Source: Hyphococcus sp.
GTDB lineage: Bacteria > Pseudomonadota > Alphaproteobacteria > Caulobacterales > Parvularculaceae
DNA length: 33,844 nucleotides
Assembly (NCBI GenBank): GCA_021604605.1
Contig: BQJH01000001.1
Span: 1-33,844, forward strand
Reading direction: 5' to 3'
Shown here: in pieces, positions 8,881 to 16,995 of the stretch
How positions within the stretch are numbered: position 1 is the stretch's first letter
Layout: every line of letters begins with the position of its first letter
Program-made: the position numbers and the translations under genes
The notes under the pieces: model-generated
Told to the model about the DNA's origin: nothing
The model's database searches: none
What the model saw: only the letters and a program-made list of their open reading frames with translations

Positions 8881-10239
8881 ATGACGTGGATGCCTGACAG
8901 CTGGCGATCAAAAGACGCCCGGCATATTCCTGAAGACTACCCAGATCCTGCCGCCCTGGCGGCGGTAGAGGGGGAATTGTCGGGGTATCCGCCTCTGGTT
9001 TTTGCCGGGGAAGTCAGGACATTGCGCGCCTCATTGGCTGATGTAGCGAACGGCAAAGCATTTTTGCTGCAAGGCGGTGATTGCGCTGAAAGCTTTAAAG
9101 AGTTTCACCCCGATAATATTCGCGACACGTTCCGCGTATTGCTGCAGATGTCGGTGGCTTTGACATTCGGCGCTGCGATGCCTGTCGTGAAAGTCGGCAG
9201 GATCGCCGGGCAATTTGCCAAGCCACGCAGTGCGCCAACCGAGACCAAAGACGGTGTTACCCTGCCAAGCTACCGTGGCGACAACATCAATGGAGCCGAG
9301 TTTACTGATGCTGTGCGGGCGCCAGACCCGCAGCGACTTTTAAAAGCCTATGGTCAGGCAGCGGCAACGCTCAATCTTATTCGTGCTTTCGCTACCGGTG
9401 GTTACGCGGATTTGCGCAATGTCCATCGTTGGAATCTGGAATTTGTTTCTGGCAACCGTCAGGAAGATCGCTATCAGGCGCTTGCTGATAAAATTTCTGA
9501 AGCAATAACTTTCATGGAAGCATGCGGTGTTGATGGTGGCGGCGTGCGCGCCATTCGCGAAGTCGAATTTTATACCAGTCACGAGGCGCTACTGCTTGGC
9601 TATGAAGCGGCGATGACCCGCGTCGATTCCACAACGGGCAAATGGTATGACACTTCAGCCCATATGGTTTGGATTGGTGATCGTACGCGCCAACCAGACG
9701 GTGCTCATGTTGAGTTTTGCCGTGGTATTGAAAATCCGATCGGCATAAAATGTGGTCCATCACTATCGCCGGATGAGTTGATCCGTTTGATCGACCTTAT
9801 CGACCCGAACAATGAGGCGGGCAGGGTTGTTCTTATCGCGCGGTTTGGCGCCGACGCTGCTGCTGACGGTCTTGCGCCGTTGATGGAAAAAGTAAAAGCG
9901 GAAGGCCGAACAGTCGTTTGGTCGTGTGACCCGATGCATGGCAATACGATAAAAACCGATGTTGGATTTAAGACCCGGCGTTTTGATGCGATCCTGTCTG
10001 AAGTGCGGACATTTATTGATGTCAGCCATGCGGTTGGCGTCCATCCGGGCGGTGTTCATTTTGAGATGACCGGGCAGAACGTCACAGAATGCCTTGGCGG
10101 CTCCCAGGAGATTTCCGAAGCCGATCTTTCATCACGCTATCACACACATTGCGATCCGCGCCTCAACGCCAATCAGGCGCTTGAATTGGCCTTTATCCTT
10201 GCTGACCGGTTTAAGGAAACGCGGGCCAACGGCGCGTAA
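8881..10239 (+). CDS. 3-deoxy-7-phosphoheptulonate (DAHP) synthase, class II
   Basis: '[10 protein letters not shown]', '[12 protein letters not shown]', 'WIGDRTRQ', 'DPMHGNT', 'HTHCDPRLN'. ATG 8881 follows a GGAG/GAG-rich leader. Confidence 0.95.
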   Translation: MTWMPDSWRSKDARHIPEDYPDPAALAAVEGELSGYPPLVFAGEVRTLRASLADVANGKAFLLQGGDCAESFKEFHPDNIRDTFRVLLQMSVALTFGAAMPVVKVGRIAGQFAKPRSAPTETKDGVTLPSYRGDNINGAEFTDAVRAPDPQRLLKAYGQAAATLNLIRAFATGGYADLRNVHRWNLEFVSGNRQEDRYQALADKISEAITFMEACGVDGGGVRAIREVEFYTSHEALLLGYEAAMTRVDSTTGKWYDTSAHMVWIGDRTRQPDGAHVEFCRGIENPIGIKCGPSLSPDELIRLIDLIDPNNEAGRVVLIARFGADAAADGLAPLMEKVKAEGRTVVWSCDPMHGNTIKTDVGFKTRRFDAILSEVRTFIDVSHAVGVHPGGVHFEMTGQNVTECLGGSQEISEADLSSRYHTHCDPRLNANQALELAFILADRFKETRANGA

Positions 10240-10270
10240 GGCGCAGCTTAACACCGCCTGACGCGCCGTT
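10228..10270. other. Long GC-rich hairpin overlapping the DAHP synthase stop codon
   Basis: AACGGCGCGTAAGGCG (10228-10243) pairs with CGCCTGACGCGCCGTT (10255-10270), 15 of 16 bp; 11-nt loop; no clear U-tract. Confidence 0.6.
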
Positions 10271-10424
10271 ATGGCTCTAAGGTGCTGAAATACAAAGAAA
10301 CATTCTTTGACTGTTGGGCTTAGGCCGGGCGTTTCCCATGATGAGAGCAATGTGTATGGTCTCGTGAATTGGGACATATTGCTCAATCGCGAGTTTACCA
10401 ACCGCGAATTCAGACGGGGACGAG

Positions 10425-11369
10425 TTGCAAGTGAGTTCAAAACTGAAAATCGGCATCGCGGGAGCCGGCGTTTTTGGGTCGTATCATGCGGCCAAATATG
10501 TAAACCATGCTGAGGCTGATTTAGTTGGCGTCTTTGATCCCGATCAAAAGCGTGCAGAAGATTTTGCTCGAAAATTTAATGCATCAACTTACGTTGATTA
10601 CGCTGATTTTCTGGCCGCGGTAGATGCGGTGGTGATTGCCGCGCCGGCGAGCCAACATTTTCAGTTAGCCGAAGCGGCGCTTCATTCTGGCCGTCATGTC
10701 TTTGTTGAAAAACCGATTGCGCTTTCTGTTGAGGCGGCGGATACGCTGATTGCCATCGCAGATGAGGCTGGCCTTGTGTTGCAGGTTGGCCATCAGGAAC
10801 GTTACGTTTGTGATGCTGTTGGCTTGCTCGGAAGAGATAAGTCTCCGATTAAAATTGATTGCATCCGATACGTGCCTTTCTCGGGTCGCTGTGATGATGT
10901 TTCTGTGGCTTTTGATTTGATGGTGCATGATCTGGATATTATCCGCCAGCTGACAAAATCTGAAATCCGTGAGATTTCTGCTGAAGGCGATAGCGATAAA
11001 ATCAGGGCGGAATTCACCCTGGGCAACGATGCCTTGGTTAGTGTCCGCGCCGGGCGCCGGGCGGATCGGGCTGAGCGGCGGATGACACTCGTCTATGATG
11101 ACGGAGTTATTGATTTCGATTTTGCCAACAGGACATTCACCAATACGACGCCAATCGAGATGGGGAACGCGTTTGAGTCGGAACGGGCGCCGCTCGCCAT
11201 GCGTGACCCGTTAGAGCATGGCGCTGCGCTTTTTGTGAACGCCATCAATGCTGGCGAAACACCATTAGTGACCGGTCACGATGGTCGCGACGCCGTCGCC
11301 TGGGCATGCGCTATCGAAGATGCCGCCGGGCTTTCGTCAAGCGCAGTCTTAAAACAGATGCGTGCCTGA
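10425..11369 (+). CDS. Gfo/Idh/MocA family NAD(P)-dependent oxidoreductase
   Basis: 'GIAGAGVFG', 'HVFVEKP', 'QVGHQER', 'DLMVHDLD'. Start TTG 10425 or GTG 10431. Confidence 0.9.
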   Translation: MQVSSKLKIGIAGAGVFGSYHAAKYVNHAEADLVGVFDPDQKRAEDFARKFNASTYVDYADFLAAVDAVVIAAPASQHFQLAEAALHSGRHVFVEKPIALSVEAADTLIAIADEAGLVLQVGHQERYVCDAVGLLGRDKSPIKIDCIRYVPFSGRCDDVSVAFDLMVHDLDIIRQLTKSEIREISAEGDSDKIRAEFTLGNDALVSVRAGRRADRAERRMTLVYDDGVIDFDFANRTFTNTTPIEMGNAFESERAPLAMRDPLEHGAALFVNAINAGETPLVTGHDGRDAVAWACAIEDAAGLSSSAVLKQMRA

Positions 11370-11469
11370 TAAGCGCAGTTTATTCAGCTTGATAAATTGA
11401 CGCGCTCAAGAGGAATGCTTATCTGCGACTTGTGATCGTTTGTAATCAACAAGCATTGTCTGAGCATTC

Positions 11470-13131
11470 ATGACCAACACTCTTTCTATCGCGATCGCCC
11501 AAATTGCCCCGATTGTTGGCGACATTGAAGGCAATGTCGCAGCTATCCGTGAGGCAAGAGCAAAAGCGGGCGAAGCGGGCGCTGATCTGGTTGTTTTTTG
11601 CGAACTTGTTATCGCCGGATACCCTCCAGAGGATTTGGTTCAGAAGCCGGCTTTTCAGCGCGCCTGCAGGCAGGCTGTTGAGACGCTGGCGAAGGATACT
11701 GAAGATAACGGCCCGGCGATGATTGTCGGTGCGCCCTGGAAAGAGGGTGGCGCGCTTTATAATGGCGCTTTTCTTTTGAGTGACGGCGCTATTGCCGCAA
11801 TCCGCTTCAAAGTGCGGTTGCCCAACTATGGCGTTTTTGATGAGCCGCGCCGTTTTACGCCGGGGCCCGCTTATCCCGAGCCGATAGAATGGAATGGCGT
11901 TAAGCTCGGCTTGATGGTCTGTGAAGATATGTGGCTCCCGGGAGCAGGGGAAGCGCTCGCTACAGCGGGGGCGGAAATTTTCATCGTGCCGCACGGGTCT
12001 CCGTTCCGGGAAACAGCCATCGACGAGCGCGCCGCCGCCGCGCGTGACCGGGTGCGCGAGACATCTTTGCCGTTGGTTTTTGTGAACCAGCTTGCCGGTC
12101 AGGATGAAGTCTTGTTCGAGGGCGCGAGTTTTGTGATGAGCGCCGATGGTGACGTGCTTCATCGTGCGCCGCAGTTTCAAGAGGGCGTGTATTTAACAAA
12201 CTGGCAGCGCGAAGGCGCTGGTTGGTCTTGCCTTGAAGGGCCAATGTCAGCGTGGTGTGACGGCGAAGAGATGACCTATCGCGCTGTCACAATGGCGGTG
12301 CGCGACTATGTAAACAAGAACCGGTTTAAGGGCGTGGTTATCGGCCTGTCTGGCGGTGTGGATTCCGCGTTGACAGCCGCTATCGCCGTTGACGCTCTTG
12401 GCGCCGACAGAGTGCGCTGTGTGATGATGCCGTCGCGTTATACGTCACAAGAGAGCCTTGAAGACGCACAGGCCTGCGCCGATGCGTTAGGGGTTTCGTA
12501 TCGGTCGATCAACATTGAACCGGGGGTCAATGCGTTTGATGAAATGATGGGGCCGGTTTTTGACGGGCTGGAAAAGGATACAACTGAGGAAAACATACAA
12601 TCGCGCCTGCGCGGCGTGATCTTGATGGCGCTCTCCAACAAGTTTGGCGATATGGTGCTGACAACCGGCAATAAATCGGAAATGTCGGTTGGGTATGCAA
12701 CGCTCTATGGCGACATGAATGGCGGCTATAATCCGCTTAAAGATATTTATAAAATGGATGTATTTGCGTTGTGCCGCTGGCGCAATCTACATCATGCACC
12801 CGATCTTAAGGGGCCGGTTGGTGAGGTTATCCCTCAGCGGATTATCACCAAGCCGCCTTCCGCCGAGTTAAGAGAAGACCAGACCGATCAGGACAGCCTG
12901 CCGCCTTATGAAGTTCTTGACGCTATTCTGGAGCGTCTGGTTGAGAAAGAAATGGCGGTTCGTGAGATTGTCGAAGACGGCTATGATGAAACAACGGTGC
13001 GCCGCATTGAGCATTTGCTTTATATTGCTGAATATAAACGCCGTCAGGCCCCGCCAGGGCCCAAAGTAACAGCAGTGAATTTTGGACGCGATCGTCGGTA
13101 TCCGATCACCAATGGGTGGCGCGACAAATAA
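11470..13131 (+). CDS. nadE: Glutamine-dependent NAD+ synthetase
   Basis: Nitrilase-like N-terminal domain (E, K and 'VCEDMW' triad, 'LPNYGVFDE') plus synthetase motifs 'GLSGGVDS', 'ENIQSRLRG', 'TGNKSE', 'PPSAEL'. Confidence 0.96.
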   Translation: MTNTLSIAIAQIAPIVGDIEGNVAAIREARAKAGEAGADLVVFCELVIAGYPPEDLVQKPAFQRACRQAVETLAKDTEDNGPAMIVGAPWKEGGALYNGAFLLSDGAIAAIRFKVRLPNYGVFDEPRRFTPGPAYPEPIEWNGVKLGLMVCEDMWLPGAGEALATAGAEIFIVPHGSPFRETAIDERAAAARDRVRETSLPLVFVNQLAGQDEVLFEGASFVMSADGDVLHRAPQFQEGVYLTNWQREGAGWSCLEGPMSAWCDGEEMTYRAVTMAVRDYVNKNRFKGVVIGLSGGVDSALTAAIAVDALGADRVRCVMMPSRYTSQESLEDAQACADALGVSYRSINIEPGVNAFDEMMGPVFDGLEKDTTEENIQSRLRGVILMALSNKFGDMVLTTGNKSEMSVGYATLYGDMNGGYNPLKDIYKMDVFALCRWRNLHHAPDLKGPVGEVIPQRIITKPPSAELREDQTDQDSLPPYEVLDAILERLVEKEMAVREIVEDGYDETTVRRIEHLLYIAEYKRRQAPPGPKVTAVNFGRDRRYPITNGWRDK

Positions 13132-13153
13132 AAAAGGCCGGGTTGCCCCGGCC
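13130..13153 (-). terminator. Rho-independent terminator of the VPLPA-CTERM gene (possibly bidirectional)
   Basis: Stem GGCCGGG/CCCGGCC (13136-13142 / 13147-13153); loop reads GCAA on the minus strand, followed by T6 on the minus strand. Confidence 0.8.
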
Positions 13154-13179
13154 CTTCAAACTTGAATATTGTGCGATTG

Positions 13180-13866
13180 TTACGCTATGCGTTTTTGCTT
13201 GCGTGATGCGAAGCCAAGTCCCGCCATACCTGAAAGCAGAAGATAAAGGGCGCCTGGCAGCGGCACTTCCGGGGTCAACAGGTCTTGAGTGCGGCGAGCC
13301 GCGAAAACATCGAATGAGACCGGCAAATATTGACCGGACATTGCCATGGCCCACAAATTATTGGCTGCAGCGAGAACATCTGCGGAAATAAGTTCGAATA
13401 CACCGTCAGACAGATCGAATGATGAGGCGCCGTCCTCAACGATTTCCCACATGATCGCCTGCATAGCGGCGGCTGTTGTTGAGTTTTGCAGACCTGTCGT
13501 ATCCGTCATGAAGTTCCCATAAATGATGCCGATTTTGTTCTGATCCTCGGCATCCGGGAAATAATCGGTTCCTGCGACCCGCGTATGTTCGCGCGGCAAG
13601 CTCAAAAACTCATTGATCTGCAGGCAAAATGTCAGGAAATCGGTCCAGCCGTCTTCATTTGAGCCATATTGGAGGCTGAAAACACCGGCGCCGATATTCC
13701 GTGTGATGCCATTGATGTCTATCGTGATGGTCCGGCTAAGGCCTGTGGCGAAGACAGAACTGCCATTATCGGGGTTGTCCCGGACGGTAATTGGCGCGGC
13801 GTTAGCGATGGCCGGTAAAGCCAGAGCCATAGCAATGCCGGCAGCAAGTGTTGCAAAACGAGACAT
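13180..13866 (-). CDS. VPLPA-CTERM (PEP-CTERM-like) sorting-domain surface protein with candidate thioester-type domain
   Basis: Signal peptide ending 'ANA', C-terminal 'EVPLPGALYLLLSGMAGLGFASRKQKR' (motif + TM helix + basic tail); single Cys in 'FCLQ', plus 'MQAIMW' and 'TQDLL'. Confidence 0.9.
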   Translation of the reverse strand: MSRFATLAAGIAMALALPAIANAAPITVRDNPDNGSSVFATGLSRTITIDINGITRNIGAGVFSLQYGSNEDGWTDFLTFCLQINEFLSLPREHTRVAGTDYFPDAEDQNKIGIIYGNFMTDTTGLQNSTTAAAMQAIMWEIVEDGASSFDLSDGVFELISADVLAAANNLWAMAMSGQYLPVSFDVFAARRTQDLLTPEVPLPGALYLLLSGMAGLGFASRKQKRIA

Positions 13867-13996
13867 AATTCCCTCTTCAGTCGTTAAAAATCTATTACTG
13901 AAGGAGACTATTCAAATTCTGCGCCGCAAAAGCGGGTTTGACCCAGATGCAGGGAGCGGTTAATCCCTCGCGTCTTCTCGACACTTGGAAACCTAG

Positions 13997-15325
13997 ATGA
14001 CTGTCACTGTTAGATTCGCTCCATCGCCAACCGGCAAACTCCATGTCGGCAATGTGCGCGCTGCGCTCTGGAACTGGCTATTCGCCCGAAAAGAAAACGG
14101 CCGTTTTATTTTGCGGATCGATGATACAGATCAAGAGCGCTCAACCCAGGAATATGAAGAGGCGATCAAGGCTGATCTTGCTTGGTTGGGGCTGTCCTAT
14201 AATGATACAGTTAAGCAGTCAGACCGATTTGAGCGGTATGACGCCGCTCGCGACAAGCTGATTGCAGCAGGGTTGTTATATCCCTGTTATGAAAGTGCAG
14301 AGGAGCTTGATCGCAAACGTAAGCTACAACGGGCGCGCAGCCTGCCGCCGGTTTATGATCGTGCGGCGCTACAGCTTGGTGATGCAGAGCGAAAAGAACT
14401 TGAGGCAGCGGGGCGCAAACCGCATTGGCGGTTCAAACTGTCCCAAACGCCTGTGACCTGGACGGATCTGATCCGCGGGGAGACGAGTGTCGATACGGCG
14501 AGTGTCTCCGACCCGGTATTGATCCGTGAAGACGGCATGTATCTTTACACCTTGCCGAGTTGTGTCGATGATATTGATCTTGGCATTACCCACGTCATGC
14601 GCGGCGAAGATCATGTCACAAATACTGGTGTGCAGATCGAAATTTTCAAAGCCCTTGGCGGCACACCGCCGCAATTTGCTCACCATTCTCTTTTGGTCGG
14701 TGCTGATGGCGCGGGTCTTTCTAAAAGGCTCGGTTCACTTTCCATTGAAGCGATGAGAGAAGACGGTCTTGAGCCTGCAGCCATCACTGATCTGCTGGCC
14801 CGCTTGGGGACGGCTGACCCGGTTGAACCGGTGCATGATCTGGAACGGCTTGCGACAGGATTTGATTTTGATCGCGTTGGCCGGGCGCCTGCACGTTTTG
14901 ATGAAGCTGAACTGGAAGTGTTAAACGCGAAGATTTTGCATGAAACACCTTTCGTAGATGTGGCGGATCGCGTCTCAGAGTATGGCGCCGATGAGCAAAT
15001 CTGGAATGCGGTGCGCGGCAACATAACGCGTGTAAGTGATGTTGCTCATTGGATCGGTGTGATCCGTGGGGAAGTTGACCCCGTTATTGAAGACAAGTCG
15101 CTGACAGACGAAGCAGCCAAGATAATTCCTGACACAATGGATGACACCGCCTGGGCGACGCTCACCAATGCGTTAAAAGAAAAAACCGGCGCCAAAGGCA
15201 AAAACTTGTTTATGCCTTTGCGCCTTGCGCTGACGGGTGAAAAACGCGGCCCGGAGATGGCGGTGATGCTGCCTTTGATCGGCAGTGAAAAAGCACGCGC
15301 ACGGCTTCAGGGCATGCGCGCTTGA
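13997..15325 (+). CDS. gltX: Glutamate--tRNA ligase
   Basis: 'RFAPSPTG', HIGH-type 'HVGN', 'LRIDDTD', 'RGEDH', KMSKS-type 'LSKR', anticodon-binding 'PLRLALTG..GPE'. Confidence 0.95.
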   Translation: MTVTVRFAPSPTGKLHVGNVRAALWNWLFARKENGRFILRIDDTDQERSTQEYEEAIKADLAWLGLSYNDTVKQSDRFERYDAARDKLIAAGLLYPCYESAEELDRKRKLQRARSLPPVYDRAALQLGDAERKELEAAGRKPHWRFKLSQTPVTWTDLIRGETSVDTASVSDPVLIREDGMYLYTLPSCVDDIDLGITHVMRGEDHVTNTGVQIEIFKALGGTPPQFAHHSLLVGADGAGLSKRLGSLSIEAMREDGLEPAAITDLLARLGTADPVEPVHDLERLATGFDFDRVGRAPARFDEAELEVLNAKILHETPFVDVADRVSEYGADEQIWNAVRGNITRVSDVAHWIGVIRGEVDPVIEDKSLTDEAAKIIPDTMDDTAWATLTNALKEKTGAKGKNLFMPLRLALTGEKRGPEMAVMLPLIGSEKARARLQGMRA

Positions 15326-15339
15326 TGAGCAGGAAGCTT

Positions 15340-15894
15340 TTAAGCTTTCGCGCGCAACATCATTTTTTCTGCAGCGGGAAAAACATCCTCAACGCTGTCG
15401 ACAAAAACCATATCGTTCAGGAGTTCAGGATCGGCGAAGCCTTGCGCTACGATATGCTCAAACAATTCTTTGAGCGGCGCCCAAAAGCCTTTGAGGTTGA
15501 GAACGATAATCGGCTTTTTGTGAAGGGCGAGGCGGGCCCATGAAAGAACTTCGATCAACTCTTCCAGCGTGCCAATGCCGCCAGGCAGCGTGAGGATCGC
15601 ATCGGATTCCTCAAACATCCGCATTTTGCGCTCGTGCATCGTATCAACGATCACATGATCAACGCCCTCAAGGATGCCTTCAAGCTCGACTAGAAAGTCG
15701 GGAATGACGCCAAAGACCGGGCCTCCTGCGTCACGAGCGGCGCCGGCGGTGGCGCCCATAAGGCCCATCTTGCCGCCGCCATAGACGATGCGGCAGTCCC
15801 GGCTTGCGGCTTCTTTCCCGATTGAGATGGCGGCTTCTTTGATGGCGGGGTCTTTTCCCGGACGGGACCCGCAGTAAACACATAATGATTTCAT
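15340..15894 (-). CDS. LOG family nucleotide phosphoribohydrolase (TIGR00730-type Rossmann-fold protein)
   Basis: 'CVYCGS', 'VYGGG..GLMG', 'MHERK', 'PGGIGTLEE'. ATG 15894 chosen; 15927 is an alternative. Confidence 0.92.
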   Translation of the reverse strand: MKSLCVYCGSRPGKDPAIKEAAISIGKEAASRDCRIVYGGGKMGLMGATAGAARDAGGPVFGVIPDFLVELEGILEGVDHVIVDTMHERKMRMFEESDAILTLPGGIGTLEELIEVLSWARLALHKKPIIVLNLKGFWAPLKELFEHIVAQGFADPELLNDMVFVDSVEDVFPAAEKMMLRAKA

Positions 15895-15995
15895 GGCTTT
15901 ACACGTTTCTTTTTCTTGGGAGCGCATTGTACGCAGATTTTCTTGTGGGTAAAGTAAATATGCTGCGATAATATACGGCAAAGGGAGTTGCTTTT

Positions 15996-16988
15996 ATGCG
16001 TGTTGTACTCATCGTCCTGTTACTGATCGTTTTGGGGTTCATCGGTTGGAAAGCCTTTGAACGTTTTAAAGTGATAGAGCCAGCGCCAGAGGTCTCGCAG
16101 ACGGAAGTTGATGGCGAGACGCCCGATGCCCCCGTCGTCGATGCTGGTAAAGAACCATCCTTGCCAAGTTTTGATATTGTTTATGTGACACGCAGTGGCT
16201 ACGCGACAATTGCCGGGCGGGCAAAACCCGGCGCCAGTGTCACTGTCTACGCAAATGGTGACGAATTGGTGACGGCGGAAGCCGAAAATGACGGGTCCTG
16301 GGCGCTTGCTACAGACACGCCCTTATCAGCCGGTCCCGTTGAGTTGAGCTTGTCGATGACTACGGCGGATGGCTTAACCATCCGCTCTGACGAAACGATC
16401 CTGATTTATGTGCCGGAACGTGAAGGCGATCTGCCGTTAGTATTACGCACGACACCGGGAGGAGCGACGGAAGTCTTGCAAGACCCGCGTGAAACACCAG
16501 AGGGTGTTGGCCCCTTAACGCTCGATGTGATCGACTATGATGATTCAGGCGCGGTTATTTTTTCTGGCCGGGCTGAACCAAATCGAATGGTGCAGCTTTT
16601 TATCAATAGGCAATTGCTGGCGCAGACGCCGTCGACAGAACGCGGACGCTGGACCGTCGCGCCGGAAGCGCAGATTGCGCCAGGTGTTTATCAGTTACTA
16701 GTTGTGCAGCTCGATGATGCGGGCCGCCCTGCCTACGCAATTGAACTACCGTTCGAGCGCGCGAGCCCGGATCAGGTTCTCTTGCGGGATGGCAAAGTGA
16801 TTGTTCAACCTGGCAACAGCCTCTGGCGTATTGCGCGCAGCGCTTATGGCCAGGGCGCTCAGTATACAATCATCTATGAAGCCAATACGGATCAAATCCG
16901 CGATCCTGATTTAATTTACCCCGGCCAAATCTTTGAAGTCCCAGATGAAGAAGAGGGCGACACAGAAAATAGCGACAACGACGAATAG
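15996..16988 (+). CDS. Membrane-anchored LysM peptidoglycan-binding protein with Ig-like domains
   Basis: N-terminal TM; two 'GRA.PG/N...G.W' Ig-like units; C-terminal LysM 'VQPGNSLWRIA...IYEAN..QIRDPDLIYPGQ'. Confidence 0.9.
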   Translation: MRVVLIVLLLIVLGFIGWKAFERFKVIEPAPEVSQTEVDGETPDAPVVDAGKEPSLPSFDIVYVTRSGYATIAGRAKPGASVTVYANGDELVTAEAENDGSWALATDTPLSAGPVELSLSMTTADGLTIRSDETILIYVPEREGDLPLVLRTTPGGATEVLQDPRETPEGVGPLTLDVIDYDDSGAVIFSGRAEPNRMVQLFINRQLLAQTPSTERGRWTVAPEAQIAPGVYQLLVVQLDDAGRPAYAIELPFERASPDQVLLRDGKVIVQPGNSLWRIARSAYGQGAQYTIIYEANTDQIRDPDLIYPGQIFEVPDEEEGDTENSDNDE

Positions 16989-16995
16989 GAAAGCG

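Noticed and set aside
11446-12180. 244-aa antisense ORF
   Set aside because: Lies almost entirely opposite nadE and has no recognisable motifs; a shadow ORF.
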